Shown: positions 40,855 to 58,669 of the stretch, in pieces | Layout of the letters: every line of letters begins with the position of its first letter | Position numbering within the stretch: the stretch's first letter is position 1 | Assembly: GCF_009914755.1 (NCBI RefSeq) | Contig: NC_060929.1 | From: the human T2T-CHM13v2.0 reference genome, Homo sapiens | Strand: one strand, 5' to 3' | DNA length: 64,000 bases | Notes under the pieces: model-generated | Database searches by the model: none | Told to the model about the DNA's origin: nothing | The model's input: the letters and a program-made list of their open reading frames with translations, nothing else | Position numbers and translations under genes: made by a program

Positions 40855-40965
40855 ATAATTCCCCCACCACCTCCCATATGTCCAGATTCTCTTGATGATG
40901 CTGATGCTTTGGGAAGTATGTTAATTTCATGGTACATGAGTGGCTATCATACTGGCTATTATATG
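40855..40965 (+). CDS. SMN1: SMN exon 6 (111 nt, YG box)
   Basis: tccAG|ATA ATT CCC... = [37 protein letters not shown]|GTAAGT. Confidence 0.99.
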
Positions 40966-41297
40966 GTAAGTAATCACTCAGCATCTTTTCCTGACAATTT
41001 TTTTGTAGTTATGTGACTTTGTTTTGTAAATTTATAAAATACTACTTGCTTCTCTCTTTATATTACTAAAAAATAAAAATAAAAAAATACAACTGTCTGA
41101 GGCTTAAATTACTCTTGCATTGTCCCTAAGTATAATTTTAGTTAATTTTAAAAAGCTTTCATGCTATTGTTAGATTATTTTGATTATACACTTTTGAATT
41201 GAAATTATACTTTTTCTAAATAATGTTTTAATCTCTGATTTGAAATTGATTGTAGGGAATGGAAAAGATGGGATAATTTTTCATAAATGAAAAATGA

Positions 41298-41489
<192 letters not shown>

Positions 41490-41494
41490 TAAAG

Positions 41495-41545
41495 ACAGGG
41501 TTTCACTGTGTTAGCCAGGATGGTCTCAATCTCCTGACCCCGTGA
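41495..41545 (+). CDS. SMN1: Alu-derived alternative exon 6B, coding part (whole exon 41495-41603, 109 nt)
   Basis: taaAG acceptor inside an antisense AluY. Reads [19 protein letters not shown] in frame with exon 6. Donor GGG|GTAATG at 41604 gives 109 nt, matching the recalled exon 6B. Confidence 0.88.
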   Translation, partial: TGFHCVSQDGLNLLTP

Positions 41546-41718
41546 TCCACCCGCCTCGGCCTTCCAAGAGAAATGAAATTTTTTTAATGCACAAAGATCT
41601 GGGGTAATGTGTACCACATTGAACCTTGGGGAGTATGGCTTCAAACTTGTCACTTTATACGTTAGTCTCCTACGGACATGTTCTATTGTATTTTAGTCAG
41701 AACATTTAAAATTATTTT

Positions 41719-42016
41719 ATTTTATTTTTTTTTTTTTTTTTTTTTGAGACGGAGTCTCGCTCTGTCACCCAGGCTGGAGTACAGTGGCGCAGTCTCGGCT
41801 CACTGCAAGCTCCGCCTCCCGGGTTCACGCCATTCTCCTGCCTCAGCCTCTCCGAGTAGCTGGGACTACAGGCGCCCGCCACCACGCCCGGCTAATTTTT
41901 TTTTATTTTTAGTAGAGACGGGGTTTCACCGTGGTCTCGATCTCCTGACCTCGTGATCCACCCGCCTCGGCCTCCCAAAGTGCTGGGATTACAAGCGTGA
42001 GCCACCGCGCCCGGCC
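41719..42016 (-). mobile_element. Young AluY with a 12-bp left-arm deletion (AluYd-like)
   Basis: CpG-rich. Reads TTTCACCGTGGTCTCGATC where AluY has TTTCACCGTGTTAGCCAGGATGGTCTCGATC. TSD TAAAATTATTTT at 41707-41718 and 42017-42028. Confidence 0.75.
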
Positions 42017-42186
42017 TAAAATTATTTTTAAAAGTAAGCTCTTGTGCCCTGCTAAAATTATGATGTGATATTGTAGGCACTTGTATTTTTAGTAAATTAA
42101 TATAGAAGAAACAACTGACTTAAAGGTGTATGTTTTTAAATGTATCATCTGTGTGTGCCCCCATTAATATTCTTATTTAAAAGTTA

Positions 42187-42821
<635 letters not shown>

Positions 42822-43147
42822 TCATGAATTCCTCATTTTAATGACCAAAAAGTAATAAATCAACAGCTTGTAATTTGTTTTGAGATCAGTTATCTGACTG
42901 TAACACTGTAGGCTTTTGTGTTTTTTAAATTATGAAATATTTGAAAAAAATACATAATGTATATATAAAGTATTGGTATAATTTATGTTCTAAATAACTT
43001 TCTTGAGAAATAATTCACATGGTGTGCAGTTTACCTTTGAAAGTATACAAGTTGGCTGGGCACAATGGCTCACGCCTGTAATCCCAGCACTTTGGGAGGC
43101 CAAGGCAGGTGGATCACGAGGTCAGGAGATCGAGACCATCCTGGCTA

Positions 43148-43384
<237 letters not shown>

Positions 43385-43808
43385 TCAGTTATGCAACCAT
43401 CACTACAATTTAAGAACATTTTCATCACCCCAAAAAGAAACCCTGTTACCTTCATTTTCCCCAGCCCTAGGCAGTCAGTACACTTTCTGTCTCTATGAAT
43501 TTGTCTATTTTAGATATTATATATAAACGGAATTATACGATATGTGGTCTTTTGTGTCTGGCTTCTTTCACTTAGCATGCTATTTTCAAGATTCATCCAT
43601 GCTGTAGAATGCACCAGTACTGCATTCCTTCTTATTGCTGAATATTCTGTTGTTTGGTTATATCACATTTTATCCATTCATCAGTTCATGGACATTTAGG
43701 TTGTTTTTATTTTTGGGCTATAATGAATAATGTTGCTATGAACATTCGTTTGTGTTCTTTTTGTTTTTTTGGTTTTTTGGGTTTTTTTTGTTTTGTTTTT
43801 GTTTTTGA

Positions 43809-43991
<183 letters not shown>

Positions 43992-44749
43992 TAGCCAGGA
44001 TGGTCTCGATCTCCTGACCTCGTGATCTGCCTGCCTAGGCCTCCCAAAGTGCTGGGATTACAGGCGTGAGCCACTGCACCTGGCCTTAAGTGTTTTTAAT
44101 ACGTCATTGCCTTAAGCTAACAATTCTTAACCTTTGTTCTACTGAAGCCACGTGGTTGAGATAGGCTCTGAGTCTAGCTTTTAACCTCTATCTTTTTGTC
44201 TTAGAAATCTAAGCAGAATGCAAATGACTAAGAATAATGTTGTTGAAATAACATAAAATAGGTTATAACTTTGATACTCATTAGTAACAAATCTTTCAAT
44301 ACATCTTACGGTCTGTTAGGTGTAGATTAGTAATGAAGTGGGAAGCCACTGCAAGCTAGTATACATGTAGGGAAAGATAGAAAGCATTGAAGCCAGAAGA
44401 GAGACAGAGGACATTTGGGCTAGATCTGACAAGAAAAACAAATGTTTTAGTATTAATTTTTGACTTTAAATTTTTTTTTTATTTAGTGAATACTGGTGTT
44501 TAATGGTCTCATTTTAATAAGTATGACACAGGTAGTTTAAGGTCATATATTTTATTTGATGAAAATAAGGTATAGGCCGGGCACGGTGGCTCACACCTGT
44601 AATCCCAGCACTTTGGGAGGCCGAGGCAGGCGGATCACCTGAGGTCGGGAGTTAGAGACTAGCCTCAACATGGAGAAACCCCGTCTCTACTAAAAAAAAT
44701 ACAAAATTAGGCGGGCGTGGTGGTGCATGCCTGTAATCCCAGCTACTCA

Positions 44750-44854
<105 letters not shown>

Positions 44855-45044
44855 TCAAAAAAAAAAAAATAAGGTATAAGCGGGCTCAGGAACATCATTG
44901 GACATACTGAAAGAAGAAAAATCAGCTGGGCGCAGTGGCTCACGCCGGTAATCCCAACACTTTGGGAGGCCAAGGCGGGTGAATCACCTGAAGTCGGGAG
45001 TTCCAGATCAGCCTGACCAACATGGAGAAACCCTGTCTCTACTA

Positions 45045-45203
<159 letters not shown>

Positions 45204-45245
45204 TCAAAAAAAAAAGGAAGAAAAATATTTTTTTAAATTAATTAG

Positions 45246-45607
<362 letters not shown>

Positions 45608-45900
45608 TAGTAGAGATGGGGTTTCACTGTGTTAGCCAGGATGGTCTCGATCTCCTGACCTTTTGATCCACCCGCCTCAGCCTCCCCAAGTGCTGGGATT
45701 ATAGGCGTGAGCCACTGTGCCCGGCCTAGTCTTGTATTTTTAGTAGAGTCGGGGTTTCTCCATGTTGGTCAGGCTGTTCTCCAAATCCGACCTCAGGTGA
45801 TCCGCCCGCCTTGGCCTCCAAAAGTGCAAGGCATTACAGGCATGAGCCACTGTGACCGGCAATGTTTTTAAATTTTTTAAATTTAAATTTTATTTTTTAG

Positions 45901-46077
<177 letters not shown>

Positions 46078-46346
46078 TGAGACAGAGTCTTGCTCTGTCA
46101 CCCAGGCTGGAGTGCAGTGGTGTAAATCTCAGCTCACTGCAGCCTCCGCCTCCTGGGTTCAAGTGATTCTCCTGCCTCAGCCTCCCAAGTAGCTGGGATT
46201 AGAGGTCCCCACCACCATGCCTGGCTAATTTTTTGTACTTTCAGTAGAAATGGGGTTTTGCCATGTTGGCCAGGCTGTTCTCGAACTCCTGAGCTCAGGT
46301 GATCCAACTGTCTCGGCCTCCCAAAGTGCTGGGATTACAGGCGTGA

Positions 46347-46529
<183 letters not shown>

Positions 46530-46728
46530 TAATAATTGTTTTCTTTGGGATAACTTTTAAAGTACATTAAAAGACTATCAACTTAATTTCTGATCATATT
46601 TTGTTGAATAAAATAAGTAAAATGTCTTGTGAAACAAAATGCTTTTTAACATCCATATAAAGCTATCTATATATAGCTATCTATGTCTATATAGCTATTT
46701 TTTTTAACTTCCTTTATTTTCCTTACAG

Positions 46729-46779
46729 GGTTTCAGACAAAATCAAAAAGAAGGAAGGTGCTCACATTCCTTAAATTAA
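46729..46779 (+). CDS. SMN1: SMN exon 7 coding part (exon 46729-46782, 54 nt); SMN1-type c.840C
   Basis: tacAG|GGT TTC AGA... = GFRQNQKEGRCSHSLN-TAA. C at exon position +6 (46734). Donor GGA|GTAAGT at 46783. Exon lengths sum to 885 nt. Confidence 0.99.
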   Translation, partial: GFRQNQKEGRCSHSLN

Positions 46780-46791
46780 GGAGTAAGTCTG

Positions 46792-46806
46792 CCAGCATTA
46801 TGAAAG
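46792..46806 (+). promoter_or_regulatory. ISS-N1 intronic splicing silencer (nusinersen target, +10 to +27)
   Basis: CCAGCATTATGAAAG at intron 7 positions +10 to +24. Confidence 0.95.
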
Positions 46807-47056
46807 TGAATCTTACTTTTGTAAAACTTTATGGTTTGTGGAAAACAAATGTTTTTGAACATTTAAAAAGTTCAGATGTTAAAAAGTTGAAAGGTTAATG
46901 TAAAACAATCAATATTAAAGAATTTTGATGCCAAAACTATTAGATAAAAGGTTAATCTACATCCCTACTAGAATTCTCATACTTAACTGGTTGGTTATGT
47001 GGAAGAAACATACTTTCACAATAAAGAGCTTTAGGATATGATGCCATTTTATATCA

Positions 47057-47080
47057 CTAGTAGGCAGACACAGCAGACTT
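47057..47080 (+). promoter_or_regulatory. ISS-N2 region (3' strand of the ISTL1 long-distance stem)
   Basis: GCAGACTT at 47073-47080 is the exact reverse complement of AAGTCTGC at 46785-46792 (intron +3 to +10). Confidence 0.85.
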
Positions 47081-47227
47081 TTTTTTATTGTGATATGGGA
47101 TAACCTAGGCATACTGCACTGTACACTCTGACATATGAAGTGCTCTAGTCAAGTTTAACTGGTGTCCACAGAGGACATGGTTTAACTGGAATTCGTCAAG
47201 CCTCTGGTTCTAATTTCTCATTTGCAG

Positions 47228-47804
47228 GAAATGCTGGCATAGAGCAGCACTAAATGACACCACTAAAGAAACGATCAGACAGATCTGGAATGTGAAGCGT
47301 TATAGAAGATAACTGGCCTCATTTCTTCAAAATATCAAGTGTTGGGAAAGAAAAAAGGAAGTGGAATGGGTAACTCTTCTTGATTAAAAGTTATGTAATA
47401 ACCAAATGCAATGTGAAATATTTTACTGGACTCTATTTTGAAAAACCATCTGTAAAAGACTGGGGTGGGGGTGGGAGGCCAGCACGGTGGTGAGGCAGTT
47501 GAGAAAATTTGAATGTGGATTAGATTTTGAATGATATTGGATAATTATTGGTAATTTTATGAGCTGTGAGAAGGGTGTTGTAGTTTATAAAAGACTGTCT
47601 TAATTTGCATACTTAAGCATTTAGGAATGAAGTGTTAGAGTGTCTTAAAATGTTTCAAATGGTTTAACAAAATGTATGTGAGGCGTATGTGGCAAAATGT
47701 TACAGAATCTAACTGGTGGACATGGCTGTTCATTGTACTGTTTTTTTCTATCTTCTATATGTTTAAAAGTATATAATAAAAATATTTAATTTTTTTTTAA
47801 ATTA
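47228..47804 (+). other. SMN1: SMN exon 8 (3'UTR; encodes EMLA-stop when exon 7 is skipped)
   Basis: tgcAG|GAA ATG CTG GCA TAG. G at c.*239 (47463) is SMN1-type. The 3' end is approximate. Confidence 0.95.
47775..47780 (+). terminator. SMN poly(A) signal AATAAA
   Basis: Canonical hexamer with upstream TGTA motifs and downstream GU/U-rich sequence. Confidence 0.9.
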
Positions 47805-48980
47805 GCTGTATCTGTGATTGTATTTCTTTTTTGCATATTATTTTGCCCTTTGGCCCATATTTTGATATGGATGCCACCATAGCATTTTGTGTATGTGCAT
47901 GTGTATTCCCACTTAATGTCACATTTTTCATGTCTTTACATATTCTTATTTTTGTTTGTTTTTGAGACAGAGTCTCGCTCTGCTGCCCACGCTGGAGTGC
48001 AGTGGTGCAATCTCAGCTCACTGCAACCTCTGCTATCCGGGTTCAAGCGGTTCTCGTGCCTCAGCCACGTGAGTAGTTGGGATTACAGGCATGTGGCACC
48101 ATGCCCCACTAAGTTTTGTATTTTTAGTAGAGATGGAGTTTCACCATGTTGGCCAGGCTGGTCTCAAACTCCTGCCCTCAAGTGATTCGACCACCCTGGC
48201 CTCCCAAAGTGCTGGGATTACAGCCGTGAGCCACCGCACACGGCCTCTCTATTTATTTCTATACATAGCTTTTCACATTATATTATGTTTATATATTGTT
48301 TATATCTGTATTTCCTCTTTCATTAGAGAAAAGGTAGTACATCTTATTCTTCATGGTGTCTACAATATCTGGCAGTTTTTGGAAGTCAAGCGTGAGCTTA
48401 GAGCATAGACTGGTGGGATTGTCAAAGAAGAGGGCAACTGGAAGAGAACTGTCAGTTATTTTTGGATCAGTCTTTAATTCATCATGACGGGTTAGGCATT
48501 AGTTGTATTTCTTGCTAATTTTGAAGAAGACTTATTAACAAATCCTACATTAGGTAAATGGTTTTGAAAGTTGAGTTAATCATAATGGTGTTTGACCTAG
48601 GACTATTTTTAGGCCCTATTTATCTTAATATCGAATAATGAAGCAGCTTCCCCCTTAGATATAGACAGAAAACATCAAAGCCACCACACTACCTGGCTGG
48701 ATTTATCCTAGTAATAAAATCAAAACTGAGCTAGTTCTCTGGCTTTCATTGTAATAATTGTCCTTGTGGTTGTAAGGAATCTAGATGAAAATTACATGGT
48801 CTGTTCTACAGCCACAGCTGTACCTACATTCAGAAGACAGACAAAAGTTGCTGTGTTTGAAGAGATCCTTCATTAAGGGATCAGACAGAGATTACTTTGA
48901 GACATATTCTAAGTTTAACTTTTCTGCAGGGTTGCCATTAACAGAAATAAACTACAGAGTTAATTTCTTTTTGTTTTTGA

Positions 48981-49254
<274 letters not shown>

Positions 49255-49495
49255 TGACCCAGAGTTAACTTTTTAAAAAAGTTTTTATGAACTTAAGTCT
49301 TGTGATGTTTGAAATAATGGATTCAATTTAGACATCAAATTCCAGAAGTTACTAAGAGCAGCTGGGCGCGGCAGCTCACACCTGTAATCCCAGCACTTTG
49401 GGAGGCCGAGGCGGGTGGATCACCTGAGATCAGGAGTTCCAGACCAGCCTGGCCAACATAGTAAAACCCTGTCTCTACTAAAAATACAAAAATTA

Positions 49496-49618
<123 letters not shown>

Positions 49619-50371
49619 CTAAAAAGCGAGACTCCGTCTCAAAAAAAAAAAAAAAAAAACACGTTACTAAGAGCAACTCTGGGCCAGGCACGGTGGCTTA
49701 CACCTGTAATCCCAGCATTTTGGGAGGACGAGACAGGCGGATCACTTGAGCCCAGGAGTTCAAGACCAGCATAAGCAACAACGCAAAACCCCTGACTCTA
49801 CAAAAAATGAAAGAATTAGCAAGGCATGGTGGTGCATGCCTGTAGTCCCAGCTACTGGAGAGGCTGAGGCAAAAGGATCACTTGAGTACAGGAGGTTGAG
49901 GCTGTATAATGAGCCGTGTTCACACCATTGCACTTCAGCCTGGGCAACAGACTGAGACCCTGTCTCAAAAAAAAAAACCAAACCAAAGCAACAAACAAAA
50001 AACAAGAGCAACTCTGCTTCTGTACACTTTTTTTTTTTTTTTGGTAGTGACATGATCTATGTTGCCCAAGCTGGTCTCGAGTTCCTGGGTTCAAGCCATT
50101 CTCCCACCTCGGGCTCCCAAAGTGCTAGGATTACAGGCATGAATCACCATGCCCAGCCCTTCTGTACACTTTTCACAGTGTACCCTTTTGTGTTTTTTAA
50201 AATGTTTGTGTATACATTTATTGTGAATTTTTAAAAAACATGTAATTAAGGCCAGGCATGGTGGCTCATACCTGTAATCCTAGCACTTTGAGAGGCTGAG
50301 GTGGGTGGATCACCTGAGGTCGGTAGTTCGAGACCAGCCTGGCCCAACATGGTGAAACCCCATCTCTACTA

Positions 50372-50560
<189 letters not shown>

Positions 50561-50637
50561 TCATGATATATCATCATTACCCTTTTTGAACTTTTAAAAT
50601 TTTTTATCTTTAGAGGTAATTCATATAATGTTCTTCA

Positions 50638-54210
<3,573 letters not shown>

Positions 54211-55008
54211 AAAGCTCTCATTCTTTTAAGCACTTACAGGATATTCTTACAGATGTGTACCACGCTTAATGAATTGAGCTCTTGTGGATGAGAGTTTAAT
54301 TTGTTTCTAATCATTTGTTATTTAATAGTACAGTCAGCATCTTTAGGATTAAGTATCTAGAATTAGAACTACTGTGTTGAAGAGGCTATTGCATTTAAAT
54401 TGTTTTTTTTTTTTTTTGATACGGAGTCTTGCTCTGTTGCCCAGGCTGGAGTGCAATGGCGTGATCTCAGCTCACCGCAACCTCCGCCTCCCAGGTTCAA
54501 GCAGTGCTCCTGCCTCAGCCTCCTGAGTAGCTAGGATTACAGGCACACGCCACCATGCCCGGCTAATTTTTGTATTTTTTTAGTAGAGACGGGGTTTCAC
54601 CATGTTGGCCAGGCTGATCTTGAACTCCTGACCTTGTGATCTGCTCGCCTTGGCCTCCCAAAGTGCTGGGATTACAGGCATGAGCCACCGTGCCCGACCT
54701 ACATTTAAATTTTAAATAAAAGTTTGCTAAATTGTTTTCAGTAGAGGTTATATTAATCTATATTTATACCAACATGGAGAGTTTGTTTCCTGCAAAATAG
54801 CCAATAATTTATCAAACCTTTGAATCTTTGTCAATTGAATAGTTAAAAATGATTATCTCATATTTGTACATTTTTATTTTATTGTGAAGTTCAGCACCTT
54901 TTCATGTGTTTAAGAACTTTTAATTTTCTGTTGTTTATATCGTCTTCCCATTACCATTTTAACTATTTGTTTTTATTTTCAGAGTTTTTGCTTATAAAAT
55001 TTTATTTA

Positions 55009-55957
<949 letters not shown>

Positions 55958-58279
55958 CATTCTTTTTCAAGTCATTTTATAAACAATTTACAGAAGAATA
56001 AAGGGATGGTGAAAATTAACTTTGTTAGCAATTTTAATGAGAATCCAAATATAGGAGACCCACATTTTTTCCCATATTTTCCCAGTTTTGAATGTTTATG
56101 TATACCTAAAAGGCATTACATCCTTTGAAAGCAGCTGTCATTATGCATGAATCTGGAACATACCTACCTTTAAATACGGATTTTGGATTTCAAATGCATC
56201 TCTACTATGTTCTACCTTATTATTTGTATTCTTCATGAACTCACTTTGTCAAAATGCAATACTTTTTGTTTTTTAATTTATTTTTATTTTTTGTAGAAAT
56301 AGGGTCTCACTGTGTTGCCCAGGCTGGCCTTGAACACCTGGCCTCAAGTGATCTTCCTGCCTTCCAAAGTGCTGGGGACGGTAGGCATGAGCCACCACAC
56401 CTGTCCAAACTGCAATACTTCTGAAAACTTTAGGGCTCATAGTTTTGTTGAAGTGATAGATGATGGCTATATTCTTTGTTACATAACAGCAAAACATTTT
56501 TGTTTTTACATTTATAAATACCAATTAGAATGACTTTCAGTGGATTGGTTTTCATTTTTCACATCATCTTTACCTTCCTGTTACTTTGTGTACATATCTG
56601 TCTTTCATACTTGTCCACTTACAAACTTTTTCAAGTAAATTCTGGTGTTACAAGCATAAAAGATGAAAGAACGTTGTCACATGGTCACTTGTCCTTTTAG
56701 CAATTATGCGATGATTCAACTGTTCTAGGTACAACTAGAGGGAGAGTATCCCAGGCAAGGGAGATAACAAATAGAAAGGCCCTAAGACACAAGTGTATTT
56801 AACATGTTTGGGGAACAACAAGGAGTTAATCGTGGCTGGAGTGGAAGTAAGGAGGAGAGATTAAGGAGATGGAGCTAAGAGAGGTAGTCAAGGGCCAGGC
56901 CATATGTCAGCGATAGTAAGGTCTTCAGCATTTACTTTTTTAAGCTGGGAGTCCATGGAAAGGTTTTGAACCCAAGGTATAGCATGATCTGACTTACAGA
57001 AAGAGACTTCTGATTGCTGTGTTGAAAATACACCATAGGTTTGAAGGGAGGAAACAGGCTGACTAGTTAGAGCCAGTGTGGGTAGTGGTGGTTGGATCTG
57101 AGTATATTTTCCAAGTGGAGCCACCAGGATTTTTCAGTAGATTGATTACATGTGGTGTATGAAAGAGGAGTGTCAAGTGTAACTCCGAGATTTTTGGCTT
57201 ATGCAACTGGAAAAATAAAGTTAGAATTTAATGAGATGGAGGTCTGCATAAGGAGTACTTTTGTGGCAGGAAAGAAATTGGGTTTTGAACATGTGAAAAT
57301 TGAGATGCCCATTAGTAGAAGTTGGATGTGAATAAAGAGTCCAGGCCAGGTGCAATGCCTCATGCCTGTAATCTCAGCACTTTGGGAGGCCAAGGCAGGA
57401 GAATCATGTGAGCCCAGGAGTTCAAGACCAGACTGGGCAACAAAGTGAGACCCCGTCTATATTATAAAATAAAAAAATAGTTCAGAGGAGAGGTCTGGGC
57501 TAGAGATGGAAATGTAGAAGTTAGTAAATTTAAAGCTGTTGAACTAGAGGAGATAGCTGAGGAAGTGCATTCAAATAGAGAAGATGTCAGAGGAGAACTT
57601 TGGGGTTCTCTCAGTGGTTAGAGATAGGATATGAGGAAAAACAGTGCAGGAGACTAAGGAGGAGCTCTCATTGAGTTAGGAAAATCAAGAGGGATGCCCT
57701 GGAAGCCAAATGAAGGCAGTGTTTTGAGGAAGAGGGGTGATGGGCCATGTGAAAGCCAATAGGTCACATGCTGCTAATGGGTCAACTAAAGTGAGGACTG
57801 AGAAGTATTCACCAATTTAGCAATGTGGAGCTCATTGGTGACCCTCATAAGAGCTGTGTTGGTGGAATGGAGGAGGTAAAATCCTGGAGGGAGAGAACAT
57901 AAGAATGAGAGAACAGTTGACAGTGCATGTAAACAACTCTTTCACGGAACTTTGTATTTCTGAATTTTTGTTTATTTGGCTATTAATAAAATCATATCTG
58001 ATATAGCTTTATTTTAGTAAGGTTTGTTTTTGTGGGACTTCAGTTGTGTATACACATATAATATGTGTGTGTATGTATGTGCGTATGGTGTTTTGATGTA
58101 AAATTTATTATTGTGGGTCATGGTTAAAAAAAAAGCTTGAGAATGAGGAGTTAGATCAAGAAATAGAAGGAAAGTTGACATAAGAAGTTGTGGATGTAGG
58201 AGATTCTACCATGTAGACACAGTGGAAGGATTTAGGGAGTTGGAGCAGGTTGGGATATGTGATCAGAAAGCGGGAGTTT

Positions 58280-58633
58280 AGCTCTCTCACTTGCCCCTGC
58301 TTTTACCATGTGATGTGTCTGCTACCCCTTCACCTTCCACCATGACTGTAAGCTTCCTGAGGTCTCCCTAGAAGCCAAGCAGATACCAGCACCATGCTTC
58401 CTGTAAAGCCTGCAGAACCATGAGCCAATTAAACCTCTTTGTAAATTACCCAGTTTGAGGTATTTCTTTATAGCAGTGCAAGAATGCCCCAATACAGAAA
58501 ATTGGTACCGAGAAGTTGGGCATTGCTATAAAGATACCTGAAAATGTGGAAACAGCTTTGGAACTGGGTAATGAGTAGTGGTTGGAAGAGTTTACAGGGC
58601 TCAGAAGAAGACAGGAAAATGAGGGTAAGTTTC

Positions 58634-58669
<36 letters not shown>

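Noticed and set aside
46729-46782. Calling the gene SMN2 or an SMN1/SMN2 hybrid
   Set aside because: All diagnostic positions checked carry SMN1 alleles.
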